Assembly: GCA_009784685.1 (NCBI GenBank)
Contig: WRBF01000001.1
Location: 2,942-66,941, forward strand
DNA length: 64,000 nt
From: Defluviitaleaceae bacterium
GTDB lineage: Bacteria > Bacillota > Clostridia > Lachnospirales > WRBF01
Direction: 5' to 3'
Of this stretch, positions 39,138-48,911 are shown piece after piece. Position numbers and translations under genes: made by a program. The notes under the pieces were generated by a model, which saw only the letters and a program-made list of their open reading frames with translations, made no database searches and had not been told where the DNA came from. How positions within the stretch are numbered: the first letter of the stretch is position 1; each line of letters begins with the position of its first letter.

Positions 39138-39652
39138 GCTTTTTTCAAGACTTTCAAAATTTCTCCAACATATAACACATGAAAATCTTTTTCAGGGTAA
39201 TGTTGATCTATAATTCTTTTGTCAATAAAGCAAGCTTCTTTAAGCGGCTCTTCATATAGCTTTCTACATATTATTGTAAGTTCACCTTCAGAAAAATAAG
39301 GATCTTTGCCATCATACACAACTGTAAGTTCTGCTTTTTTAATCTTATCTTCATCACGCCCGGAAGTTACTCCTAAATAACGCAATTTTTCTTTATAGCA
39401 CTCGTTAAAGAATGTTAGAGAGAAATTTTCTGCCGAATCTATAAATTCTTTTGTAAACCTTTGTGGACGTATAACAATAAATGCCGCATCCCTATGCCAC
39501 ATATGCCCAAGCCCGCCCCATGATGCGGTCATAGTGTTTACTTTGCCGTCTTTTTCTGCTGTAACAAGCATCCATTTATTTGCTATAACATTAAATACGT
39601 TATCGTTAATATCCCTTGGTGATATTTCTATAAAATTTTGCATAAAATCCAT
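39134..39652 (-). CDS. Flavin reductase-like (flavoredoxin) protein
   Basis: WML.TA, NTMTASWGG.G..W, RPQR.T, SGRDEDK, H..Y.GEI. Confidence 0.85.
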   Translation of the reverse strand: MDFMQNFIEISPRDINDNVFNVIANKWMLVTAEKDGKVNTMTASWGGLGHMWHRDAAFIVIRPQRFTKEFIDSAENFSLTFFNECYKEKLRYLGVTSGRDEDKIKKAELTVVYDGKDPYFSEGELTIICRKLYEEPLKEACFIDKRIIDQHYPEKDFHVLYVGEILKVLKKA

Positions 39653-39653
39653 C

Positions 39654-41255
39654 CTATTCTTCTATATTTTTGAAAACCTGCCCTATTCTTAGAATATTCG
39701 GGTATGCCTTTTTGTGATTATATTTTTTTATAGCTTTGATTTCAATTTCAAATTTAAGAGGCGATTCCCCTTCAATAACAAGCAAAAACTTATGACCAAT
39801 AGGTAAGTTAAGGTCTGCGAGATTATCATCCGTTGTTTTACTTGAATTTTTCTTACGATCATACGGTGTATAACGTGAAAAAACATCTTCTTGCCCACTC
39901 ATGTAAAAGCAATAGTCATTAGTCCCTCTAACACCAAAGGCGGAACATATTTCTGCAAATAAAACTTTCAACGGGTTAATTGGTATGATTTCCATAGCTT
40001 TCCAGTATTTCCGGTCAGACATGATTGAAATTTTAATTTCATAAACATCGTCTATATCGGGCATGCCAAAAATATCCGAAACAATGCTTCTAACTTCAGC
40101 ATCATTTGCTTCTTCGTCTCCGTGAACTATTTGTATCATTTTAAGAGCTCGTTCAAATTTAAGGTTACCGTCAAAGGGACCTGGAACACCATCTCCTCTT
40201 GGGTTGACACCTTTACTGTTTGTAACAATTTTTCCAAGCTCAGTTAAATGAAAGTATGTACATGGAGAAAAAAGTGTGGTATCAATATCGCCGCCTTCAT
40301 TAATAACTTCTATAAAGAAATCTATATCTTCCTCTAGATCATATGGTATAAGAAACTCCGGTGTTATAATTTTCAAATAAAACCCAAATGGAGTGTGAAA
40401 GTATTTATCAATAATAATCCCTAAAAAGAATGTGCTTGACATAACCATATGATAGAATTCATCAAACCCATCTTCATCATCAAAATCAAGAAAATTACTC
40501 TCATCAAGGTCAAAAAACTCTGCAATATCTATACCAAGAGACGAATAAATTTTTTCAAACAAAGCATCTGTAGTAATTGGATTTTGAATCAATTCAAGAA
40601 TAGAATCTGCATCTATAACTCCTTTGTTAAGCGGGATAACTTGATTAATATGGGAAGCGGCTACTTCTGCGGTTGCCTCATATATCTTAAAGAATATTTC
40701 TTTATTAGGCAGACTGTACAATTTTTCATATTCTTCGCTTACCCTTGCATGGTGTGAATGAATCGAAGGTGCTTCAGTTAAAATACCAAGGTTTACAGCA
40801 ACAAGATTTAAATACTCAACGTAAAAAGGGTCTAAAAGGCTAACTTTATTTAATACCAGAGAAACATCCTTTTCTGTTATAAACAAATCTTCATCAACTT
40901 TAATATCAGGCATACAATGCTCAACAAAAGCTTTTAAATCTCCTACCACAGGATGATCCTCAACTAAGTAGGTCATCATTAAAACATTTTCAGTTATCTG
41001 ACTACTACCCTGCCTCTTACCAATAAACGGTTGAGGGAATATTTTCCTATTATGAATTTTATTAATTTCTGATACAAAATTCGCAGGGGATAAAAGCGTA
41101 TCCTCAATAAGCGCAGAGTAATACCATCTTCGAAAAAAAGAGAGAAAATATTTCTGAATTTTAAGCTTATTCCCTTTTTTATGTTTTTCAAGTGAATCGC
41201 TGTAAAATCTAAAATATAGTTCCATGAAATAACCTATGTTGTTATCGTAATCCAT
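39654..41255 (-). CDS. Hypothetical protein, possible C-terminal pRiA4b-ORF3-like domain
   Basis: 533-aa ORF; C-terminal Y.IK...W..EI...L..L...I..AF...Y.FY pattern. Confidence 0.6.
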   Translation of the reverse strand: MDYDNNIGYFMELYFRFYSDSLEKHKKGNKLKIQKYFLSFFRRWYYSALIEDTLLSPANFVSEINKIHNRKIFPQPFIGKRQGSSQITENVLMMTYLVEDHPVVGDLKAFVEHCMPDIKVDEDLFITEKDVSLVLNKVSLLDPFYVEYLNLVAVNLGILTEAPSIHSHHARVSEEYEKLYSLPNKEIFFKIYEATAEVAASHINQVIPLNKGVIDADSILELIQNPITTDALFEKIYSSLGIDIAEFFDLDESNFLDFDDEDGFDEFYHMVMSSTFFLGIIIDKYFHTPFGFYLKIITPEFLIPYDLEEDIDFFIEVINEGGDIDTTLFSPCTYFHLTELGKIVTNSKGVNPRGDGVPGPFDGNLKFERALKMIQIVHGDEEANDAEVRSIVSDIFGMPDIDDVYEIKISIMSDRKYWKAMEIIPINPLKVLFAEICSAFGVRGTNDYCFYMSGQEDVFSRYTPYDRKKNSSKTTDDNLADLNLPIGHKFLLVIEGESPLKFEIEIKAIKKYNHKKAYPNILRIGQVFKNIEE

Positions 41256-41392
41256 AAAGCCCCACCTATTGCCAATTTTTCGTTATATTTTTTAAAATCT
41301 TACATTACGCAATTATACAGTTAGATCACTTGCATGTCAAATTGACGCTTATATTTAATTTCCTTTGTTAATTGTAACATTTTCTCTTTTTC

Positions 41393-41464
41393 TGTAGTTA
41401 TACGACTACAATAATAACATAATTAAGGGGTACAATCAAGATTAAGCGTAGTCGGATAGCTACA
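41393..41464. promoter_or_regulatory. Pair of palindromic operator-like sites
   Basis: TGTAGTTATACGACTACA (41393-41410) and CGTAGTCGGATAGCTACA (41447-41464); 15/18 identical in inverted orientation. Confidence 0.65.
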
Positions 41465-41484
41465 AATATTTTTGAGGTATAAAT

Positions 41485-41733
41485 ATGAAAAAGATTTTGC
41501 GAGATTCACATATTGGAGAAAACATCAAACGAATCAGGCTGTTACAGGGATATACTCAAGATCAAGTTGTTGTAGGTTTGCATCTTTTAGGCAGCCCATT
41601 GCACCGAGTTTCTTATGCCCAGATAGAATCTGGTCGTAATAACATATTCGTTTCTGATCTGGTTGCTATGCAGCAGTTCTTTCAGGTTGAATATTCAGAA
41701 TTTTTCAAAGATATACCAACATCACGCCAATAA
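41485..41733 (+). CDS. XRE-family helix-turn-helix regulator
   Basis: IGENIKRIR...GYTQ.Q, Y.QIE.G..NI, F.V.Y..FF; GAGG RBS. Confidence 0.85.
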   Translation: MKKILRDSHIGENIKRIRLLQGYTQDQVVVGLHLLGSPLHRVSYAQIESGRNNIFVSDLVAMQQFFQVEYSEFFKDIPTSRQ

Positions 41734-42141
41734 ATATAGCTTAGAATATAGTTTTAACATATCCTCAAATTCTTTAGACGTAGGATCTTTTGAGTTCCAA
41801 TCTATGCTTACACTGTCATTTTCATATCTTGGGATGACGTGCATATGAAAATGATGTACTGTTTGGTTTGCCGCAGCCTCGTTATTTTGTAATATATTTA
41901 TACCTTCGCAGTTTAGTACCTTTTTTAACTTAATTGCTGTTTCAGCAGCAAGAGGATACAGCCTCTCCGCCACTGCTAAGTCAAGCTCATAAATATTTGA
42001 ATAGTGCTTTTTCGTAATTATAAGCATATGCCCCAAATTGGACGGAAACTTGTCAAGAATTACTTTAAAATAATCATCTTCATAAACGGTATATGAAGGT
42101 ATTTCATCTTTTATTATTTTGCAAAAAATACATTCTGACAT
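41722..42141 (-). CDS. HIT family nucleotide-binding protein
   Basis: CIFCKI, GH.LII, QNN...A.QTV.H.H.H.IPR. Confidence 0.92.
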   Translation of the reverse strand: MSECIFCKIIKDEIPSYTVYEDDYFKVILDKFPSNLGHMLIITKKHYSNIYELDLAVAERLYPLAAETAIKLKKVLNCEGINILQNNEAAANQTVHHFHMHVIPRYENDSVSIDWNSKDPTSKEFEDMLKLYSKLYLLA

Positions 42142-42203
42142 TTTGTTATCACCCTACCTTTTTCAAAATGCTATATCTTCCCATTCGTGTTTTAATTTAG
42201 AAT

Positions 42204-43157
42204 TTACACCATCCGAATAGCAAACTCCGGACATTCACCAACACAATACCCGCATCTTACACATTTATCAGATTCGATTATCGCATGTTTATCTCCTTGA
42301 TAAATAGCATCAGCCGCACATTGTTCTAAACAAAATCCACAGCTTTTACACAAAAAGTCAGCAACAAAGAACGATTTTGAATACGACTTGAGAGCATTAA
42401 TTTCGTCATCCACTGATTCCCCGGTAAAGTATTTAAGGTTCATATCAACTTCCTGTTTTGTTATCATTCCAACAGCATAGGATGCACGGCCTTTCGAGAG
42501 GTTTTTTCCATATTCTACAGCCGCTTTATAATCATTCAAATAAACCCCGCCGGCAAAAAGTTTCATAAAGAAAACGCCTTTGTTTTTTTTAAAACAAAGC
42601 TCGACAGCTTTTTCCATATCTTCACAGCTTCCATGCATAACGCCCATACCGCTTTTGTTTACAAGTGGGAACACGATGTCGCATTCTTCATTTTGCGCTG
42701 CTGCATTAACTGCCAAAACTGAATGAAAACTTCCGCCTATCGCTTTAATTATGCCTTTTGCTTTGTAGTCTTTAAGGCATTCCCACGCCCCTGCTCTTAC
42801 TTCAAAAACATCTGCACCAACCCTTGCAGCATGAAGAAGAAAAATGTCTATATAGTCGATATCCAGTTTCTCAAGGGCTTCCTTAATTGCCTTTTCCATA
42901 TCTTCATATGTGGCAGCGGTTGACTTCGTAGAAATTATAGGGCGTTTCCCTGTTTTTTTCATTGCGCCTTCAATCATTTCATATGTTTTATACATTTGTG
43001 CAGTATCAACAAAAGTTATGCCGCTTTCAAGTGCATGAGCAATTATATCTGCCCCTTCTTCAATAGGCACATTCTTTTGCAAAGGACCTATCGGCAATGC
43101 GCCAAAGCAAAGTTCGCTTACTTCTATGTTGGTTCTTCCTAATGTGATTTTGTTCAT
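42204..43157 (-). CDS. Aldo/keto reductase with C-terminal 2[4Fe-4S] domain
   Basis: LG.T...VS.LCFG, DTA..Y, STK, D.IDIFLLH; CxxCxxCxxxC twice; ATG at 43157. Confidence 0.9.
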   Translation of the reverse strand: MNKITLGRTNIEVSELCFGALPIGPLQKNVPIEEGADIIAHALESGITFVDTAQMYKTYEMIEGAMKKTGKRPIISTKSTAATYEDMEKAIKEALEKLDIDYIDIFLLHAARVGADVFEVRAGAWECLKDYKAKGIIKAIGGSFHSVLAVNAAAQNEECDIVFPLVNKSGMGVMHGSCEDMEKAVELCFKKNKGVFFMKLFAGGVYLNDYKAAVEYGKNLSKGRASYAVGMITKQEVDMNLKYFTGESVDDEINALKSYSKSFFVADFLCKSCGFCLEQCAADAIYQGDKHAIIESDKCVRCGYCVGECPEFAIRMV

Positions 43158-43239
43158 TTTTATATCCTCCTTGGTTGAATAGGCAAATATTTTAATATTC
43201 ATTCTCAGTGTAAATATTGAATAAGCGGTTTCAGTTGCT

Positions 43240-44052
43240 CTAAAAGCAAAATCTAATCAATCTCGTTTTACAATATCCACCGGCTTTCTCCAAGCTTTTC
43301 TTAGAATTGTGATTGTAATACCAACAGCCGGAAACCGCCCTTAAGCCTTTGTCATTCACTATTCTCTTCATTCCTTGTAATATATCAACAGCTAAACCTC
43401 GACGGCGATATTTTTCACAAACATACATACCAATACTTGCCATGCTTTTGATAGCTCGTCCATATTCAACGATACCAAATCCAATAATCTCGCTATTTTC
43501 CTCTACGATATAAACCTCTAAATAAGTTGCACCTTTTTCAAATTTAGCAATTTCTTCATCAAGGAAACCTTTAGCAAGCTTAAACGCTTCAAAATCATCT
43601 TTACTTTTAGCAAGTTTAAACTCAAGCGGCCGCATTGATTTTGGGGTTTCTTTGTCGGTATACTCAAAAAAATATGCCATCTTTTCAACCTTCATAAAAT
43701 TATCTAAACAGTGGCTCAAAAAAACTTCGTCACCTGTTGCAACCATTGCATTTGTAACTGTTTCATACTTTCTAACCCTTGAAAACAGCTCTTGGGACTG
43801 ACTCGCATATGGTTCAAATACGTTAAACAGCGTAAGCGTTGCATCCTTATGCGGATCGTCTCCTACTTTAAAAATAGCAAAATACCCAACCGGATCATCA
43901 CCGCATATCATTTTGTAATGGTTGCTGCTAACTACATGCTCTTCCCAATATCCTTCGACAATGATTTTATTTGAATTTATATGATCAACAACAGCTGACT
44001 GTATTTCCTCCCATTTACAAGGCATAAATCTGATTTCTTCCGTTTTGTTCAT
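43240..44052 (-). CDS. GNAT acetyltransferase
   Basis: SIGM.V...YRRRG, GCWYYNHNSKKSLEKAG; ATG at 44052. Confidence 0.8.
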   Translation of the reverse strand: MNKTEEIRFMPCKWEEIQSAVVDHINSNKIIVEGYWEEHVVSSNHYKMICGDDPVGYFAIFKVGDDPHKDATLTLFNVFEPYASQSQELFSRVRKYETVTNAMVATGDEVFLSHCLDNFMKVEKMAYFFEYTDKETPKSMRPLEFKLAKSKDDFEAFKLAKGFLDEEIAKFEKGATYLEVYIVEENSEIIGFGIVEYGRAIKSMASIGMYVCEKYRRRGLAVDILQGMKRIVNDKGLRAVSGCWYYNHNSKKSLEKAGGYCKTRLIRFCF

Positions 44053-44066
44053 ATTCAAAACCTCCA

Positions 44067-44600
44067 TTATTGCTCAACAAGCTTTTCGTATAGTCTAAAC
44101 AAATCAAGACCATAACACCCTAAACCAAGGTCAACAGTATCAATGTAAGAATATCCGCATTTTTCGTATGATTTTATAGCGGGCATATTATCCTTAAAAA
44201 CATCAAGCCTTAGAGCTTTTATGCCTCTTTTCTTTGCCAAATTATAAGAAAACTCTAATAATAATTTGCCAACTTTTTGACCCCAAAAATCCGGATGAAC
44301 AGCAAACCGACGAACATTAAATACTTCTTCATCTTTTGCATCTATCATCCAACTGCCATTATCCGGGCTTTGAGTAGGTTCATGGTTTAAAACTATTGCC
44401 CCGGAGATTTCACCATTTACAAAAGCAATATATATCGTTCCTTCAGAAATATCCTGTTCAATATCTTTCCTAGCCGGATAAATTCCTTTTTTCCATCCGC
44501 AGTAGTTTATATTATCATTAGCATAGTCAATAACTGCATTATAGAATTTTTCGATTTCAAAAATGTCATTAATTGCCGCTAATCTAATTATCATATTCAT
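44067..44600 (-). CDS. GNAT acetyltransferase
   Basis: W..GIYP, RFAVHP...GQ.VG, LRLDV...N.PA...YEK.G. Confidence 0.88.
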   Translation of the reverse strand: MNMIIRLAAINDIFEIEKFYNAVIDYANDNINYCGWKKGIYPARKDIEQDISEGTIYIAFVNGEISGAIVLNHEPTQSPDNGSWMIDAKDEEVFNVRRFAVHPDFWGQKVGKLLLEFSYNLAKKRGIKALRLDVFKDNMPAIKSYEKCGYSYIDTVDLGLGCYGLDLFRLYEKLVEQ

Positions 44601-44670
44601 GTTATCACCTTAAAACATTTTATACTCTTGTTACTGCTTTGAAGTAATATGAGTATACTACAAAACCATT

Positions 44671-44717
44671 AAAAAAACCAGTCAAAAGAGAAAATTGCTA
44701 ATCTCTGTTGACCGGTT
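44671..44717 (-). terminator. Intrinsic terminator after pduL
   Basis: AACCAGTCAAAAGAGA...TCTCTGTTGACCGGTT imperfect stem, T run on minus strand. Confidence 0.6.
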
Positions 44718-44740
44718 AGAGAATTTATCTATATCTAAAT

Positions 44741-45316
44741 TTATTTATTCACGATAACAGTTCCAAACCCACCGTTATAAACACCTGCTGCGTTGCCTTC
44801 ATCAGTATCAATGTGCATATCAGCAGAGAAATCCGGATTCGTACGAATAAGAACATGCTTAAGGATAAGACCTCTATCGTCTTCGCCTTCTATAAGCACG
44901 TCAACATGATCTTTATCTTTAATTCCGATTGATTCAGCTTCCGCAGGGCTCATATGAATATGTCTTTTGGCGATTATAACGCCTTCTTTAATTTCTATTT
45001 CGCCTTTAGGTCCTTTAAGAGTTGCGCCAGCAGAGCCTTTAATATCACCGGAGTCTCTTGCAAAGACATCAATGCCGATTTTGCGTGCATCTGTAACAGA
45101 CATTTCAACTTGTGTATCAGGGCGAAGCGGCGCAAGAATTGTCATAGTTAATGATCCTTTAGAACCAATAACTTCAACTCGTTCATTACAAGCATATTGC
45201 CCTGGTTGAGACAACTCTTTTTTATATGTGAGTTGATAACCCGCACCAAAAAGAATATCAAGATCCTTCTGGCTTAAATGTAAATGTCTTGCTGAAACTG
45301 CTACCGGTACTTTCAT
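44741..45316 (-). CDS. pduL: PduL-type phosphotransacylase
   Basis: VSARH.HL, LSQPGQYA, TQVE.S.TD, R.SGD..GS.G, RHIHM, MHIDTDE.NAA. Confidence 0.93.
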   Translation of the reverse strand: MKVPVAVSARHLHLSQKDLDILFGAGYQLTYKKELSQPGQYACNERVEVIGSKGSLTMTILAPLRPDTQVEMSVTDARKIGIDVFARDSGDIKGSAGATLKGPKGEIEIKEGVIIAKRHIHMSPAEAESIGIKDKDHVDVLIEGEDDRGLILKHVLIRTNPDFSADMHIDTDEGNAAGVYNGGFGTVIVNK

Positions 45317-45365
45317 TTTAAATTCCTCATTTCTATTTTATTTTATATAATAATGATTTTAAAAA

Positions 45366-46445
45366 CTATCCTTTGTATTCCTTAACTTGAGCTTCGCCTC
45401 TCATGACACGTAAAGCTCCTTCTGTAAGCGCAAGCATTTCTCCTTCTCCGGGATAAACACCGATTGATGCAAATTTGCCAACTTTCTTTGAAACTGCTTC
45501 AACAAGCATCTTGGAATAAGCAACGCCGCCTGTTAAAAGTATCGCATCTACTTCTCCGTCTAAAACAGCGCACATTGCACCTATATCTTTTGCTATTTGA
45601 TGTACCATAGCATCAAACACTAATTTTGCTTTTTTATCACCGTCATTTATCATCTGTTCGACTTCACGAAGATCGCTTGTACCAAGATATGCAACTAAGC
45701 CGCCTTTGCCAACTTGATATCCAAGAAGCTCTTTAGCTTCATGTTTTCCGGAAAAACACAGTTCTATTATGTTATAACATGGAACACTGCCGCAGCGTTC
45801 CGGCGAGAATGTGCCCTCGGCTACTGCATCAAATACGTCGATAACTCGCCCATATTTATGTGCGCCAACGCTTATTCCTCCGCCTAAATGTGCTACAACG
45901 AGCTTTAAATCTTCATAATTTTTGCCTTGTTCTTTTGAATAACGGCGAGCAGTCGCTTTTTGATTAAGAGCGTGGAATGCACTTCTTCTTTTGATTAGCG
46001 GGTTACCGGAAAGTCTTGAACATTCTTCAAATTCATCTACAACAACCGGATCTACTATAAAAGATGGAAGTCCGAGTTTATCACCAAGTTCTTTAGCAAT
46101 CAACCCACCAAGACATGATGCATGAATTATTGCGGAAGGACCTTGAAGGTCAGCAACCATTGCATCGTTTATTGCATATGTACCACTTTCAAGCGGCTTT
46201 ATAAGCCCGCCTCGCCCAACAACAACATCAATTTCTTCAAGTGAAACACCGGCTTCTTCAAGCGTTTTTGCGATATTTTCGCTTCTTAGCCCTTTTTGGT
46301 CGATAATGCTGTCATATTTTTCAATTTCTGCTGTTGAATGACGCACTGTGTTTTCGATAACAATTGTTTCATTTCTGTAAACTGCTATCTTTGTAGAAGT
46401 TGAACCCGGATTAATTGAAAGAATTGTATAAATTTTTTCAGTCAT
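45366..46445 (-). CDS. buk: Butyrate kinase
   Basis: INPGSTSTK, GRGG, DPVVVDE, HALNQKA, HLGGGISV, FSPER, YPGE.EM.AL. Confidence 0.94.
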   Translation of the reverse strand: MTEKIYTILSINPGSTSTKIAVYRNETIVIENTVRHSTAEIEKYDSIIDQKGLRSENIAKTLEEAGVSLEEIDVVVGRGGLIKPLESGTYAINDAMVADLQGPSAIIHASCLGGLIAKELGDKLGLPSFIVDPVVVDEFEECSRLSGNPLIKRRSAFHALNQKATARRYSKEQGKNYEDLKLVVAHLGGGISVGAHKYGRVIDVFDAVAEGTFSPERCGSVPCYNIIELCFSGKHEAKELLGYQVGKGGLVAYLGTSDLREVEQMINDGDKKAKLVFDAMVHQIAKDIGAMCAVLDGEVDAILLTGGVAYSKMLVEAVSKKVGKFASIGVYPGEGEMLALTEGALRVMRGEAQVKEYKG

Positions 46446-46501
46446 TTTTGCTTATTCTCCTTTATTTAAAAATGTGTCTTTAAATTTATCTTTGCAAATT
46501 T

Positions 46502-47719
46502 TCAACTGCATTCCAATTTATAAAAATGTTTTTTGCCTTTTTGAATCATCAAAAACCCATTAACAAAGTCCGCTTGTACTATTTCCGTATTTATGTCATC
46601 TATCTTATTTTCATTTATTCTAAGCCCACCTTGTTCAATAAGCCTGCGTCCTTCGCTTTTTGAAGGAACGATTTTTGCTGCGACAAGAAGTTCAATAATG
46701 TTAACATTTTCTTTAAAGTCTACTTTAATAATCGGTACAGAATCTCCTGATTTATCACCGGAAAAAAGAGACTTTGCTGCCGCTAAAGCTTTATCCGCAT
46801 CCTCTGAGTTATGAACGATTTTCGTAAGTTCATAAGCAAGAACTTCTTTAGCCTTATTCAGAGTGCTTCCACCTTCTTTGCAAAGCTCCGATATTTCTTC
46901 AATTGGCAAGAAAGTGAGCAGTTTGAGGCATTTTTCAACATCATCATCAGCTACGTTGCGCCAATATTGGAAAAATTCATAAGGCGGTGTTTTGTTTGGA
47001 TCAAGCCAAACAGCTCCCTTTTCACTTTTCCCCATCTTTTGTCCGTCACTTTTTGTCAGAAGCTTGAATGTCATACCATATGCACTGCCGTTGTCTACCC
47101 GGCGGATAAGTTCCGATCCGGCGATGATGTTCGACCATTGGTCATTTCCACCCATTTGAATTTTACAGTTGTATCTACGATAAAGTTCTAAAAAGTCATA
47201 AGCCTGCATTATCATATAGTTAAACTCGAAAAACGAAAGCCCTTTCTCCATACGGCTTTTATAACATTCAGCAGTAAGCATACGGTTAACGGAAAAATGC
47301 GTACCATATTCACGTAAAAAAGAAACATACTCAAGCTTTAACAGCCAGTCAGCATTATTAACCATAAGTGCTTTTTCGTCTTCAAAGTCAATGAATTTTT
47401 CAAGTTGCTTTCTCTGTGAATCCACATTATGTTGGATTTCATCCGGTGTCATAACCCGCCTAAGCTCATTTCTATGTGAAGGATCACCAACCATTCCGGT
47501 TCCGCCGCCGACGATTGCAATTGGTCTATGCCCTGCCCTTTGCATATGTGCCATAGCCATAACCGGAATAAAATGTCCAACTGTAAGGCTGTCCGCTGTT
47601 GGGTCAAACCCTACATAAAAAGTGACTTTTTCTTTTGCAAGAAGTTCCTTAACCTCTTCAATATGTGTTGTTTGTTCAATAAAGCCACGTTCGTTAAGAA
47701 CGTCGAATGCTGTTTTCAT
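46502..47719 (-). CDS. tyrS: Tyrosine--tRNA ligase
   Basis: GFDPTADSL.VGH, QAYDF, GG.DQW.NI, KMGKS, S4-like C-terminus; ATG at 47719. Confidence 0.96.
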   Translation of the reverse strand: MKTAFDVLNERGFIEQTTHIEEVKELLAKEKVTFYVGFDPTADSLTVGHFIPVMAMAHMQRAGHRPIAIVGGGTGMVGDPSHRNELRRVMTPDEIQHNVDSQRKQLEKFIDFEDEKALMVNNADWLLKLEYVSFLREYGTHFSVNRMLTAECYKSRMEKGLSFFEFNYMIMQAYDFLELYRRYNCKIQMGGNDQWSNIIAGSELIRRVDNGSAYGMTFKLLTKSDGQKMGKSEKGAVWLDPNKTPPYEFFQYWRNVADDDVEKCLKLLTFLPIEEISELCKEGGSTLNKAKEVLAYELTKIVHNSEDADKALAAAKSLFSGDKSGDSVPIIKVDFKENVNIIELLVAAKIVPSKSEGRRLIEQGGLRINENKIDDINTEIVQADFVNGFLMIQKGKKHFYKLECS

Positions 47720-48024
47720 TTGTAAAACACCCACCTGAGTGAAATTAACTGCAAGAACAAGTTTAACATAGTAAGATGGGAATTTCAAGGATAATATTTA
47801 ACGATATACTGAATTTCATTTCCAGTGATTCTCTCGCCTTCCATGCGAATAGTTGCATTACTACCTATTTTCAATACCACCGATAAAGTCATTATTTGTA
47901 ACGTTTTCATGACTTTACAAGAAATTGCACGATACATTATAATATTAAGATGTAGCAAATACATTATTGAGGTACTTTTGCAGTTATAAGCCAAAGGATT
48001 GGTATCTTAAGAGGGAGGGTAATC

Positions 48025-48885
48025 ATGCCAATATCAAACAACATAAGCGTCGGTTCTTTTTTTAGAACATCTACTCCAAGTATAAAAGCGGCTCAGTCAA
48101 ATGCTAACCAAAATGCAACAGATGTTCCGCTTAATTCTGATGAAATGGCTCTTGCACAGGCTCATAAGCTTAATCTTGCAGTAGGAGATGCGTTTCAGCG
48201 CAAAATGGAAGCTATGCAAGGCGAATGCGCTGATAAAATTTCAGAAGCTAAGCAAGATTATCGAGAAGCAAGAACACTTTGGAGAGAAAGTGGCAATTTG
48301 CTCCGTGAAAGCAATTACTTCTTTCATAAAAGCGGAATTGAAATGATTTGTACAGACTTAAATGCTTGGTCAAAGAGGCTTAACAACAGCTTTGGGCATG
48401 AACCGTTTAATTTACCTCATCAAAGGTTCAGCTTCAACTCCACACTTAATGCAATTACAATCGGCATAGGTTCTAAAGTTCCAATGGGAAATTACTCTTT
48501 ATGGGTGTTCGATTTCTTGGTCGGAGCAGTCAAAAACGGCACTCATCCCCCAACCGATCTTGGAGATGTTCCTTTTTTCGCAAATGTAGATTCGCCTTAT
48601 TCCCTTGCTTTGAATAGGCTTTTAGCTGCAACCAGTAGCGGCAATTCAAGTTTGGCAAATGACCCTGAAATGAATAGGCTTGCGTTGTCATTGTTGCACC
48701 AATTAGGCATTGACACAAGCCGTGATTTCATTATAAACGACACTGTATTTGAAATTCGGAATGGATTTATCCAAACAAAAGGCTTTGCTCCGGCGCAAAG
48801 ACAAGCACCAATAGGCATTGATGGATTAAATAGGCTCGTTGAAAGAGCTTATGCGCAAAATTTTCTGATGAAATATTTGACATAA
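48025..48885 (+). CDS. Hypothetical protein
   Basis: 286-aa ORF with GGGAGG RBS; no recognisable catalytic motif. Confidence 0.7.
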   Translation: MPISNNISVGSFFRTSTPSIKAAQSNANQNATDVPLNSDEMALAQAHKLNLAVGDAFQRKMEAMQGECADKISEAKQDYREARTLWRESGNLLRESNYFFHKSGIEMICTDLNAWSKRLNNSFGHEPFNLPHQRFSFNSTLNAITIGIGSKVPMGNYSLWVFDFLVGAVKNGTHPPTDLGDVPFFANVDSPYSLALNRLLAATSSGNSSLANDPEMNRLALSLLHQLGIDTSRDFIINDTVFEIRNGFIQTKGFAPAQRQAPIGIDGLNRLVERAYAQNFLMKYLT

Positions 48886-48905
48886 AAATAAAAGTAGGAT
48901 ATAAT
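48877..48905 (+). promoter_or_regulatory. Consensus sigma-A promoter for SRP RNA
   Basis: TTGACA-N17-TATAAT. Confidence 0.85.
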
Positions 48906-48911
48906 AGCAAA

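Noticed and set aside
47720-48020. T-box leader expected upstream of tyrS
   Set aside because: No GGTGGnACC T-box sequence or terminator/antiterminator visible on the minus strand.
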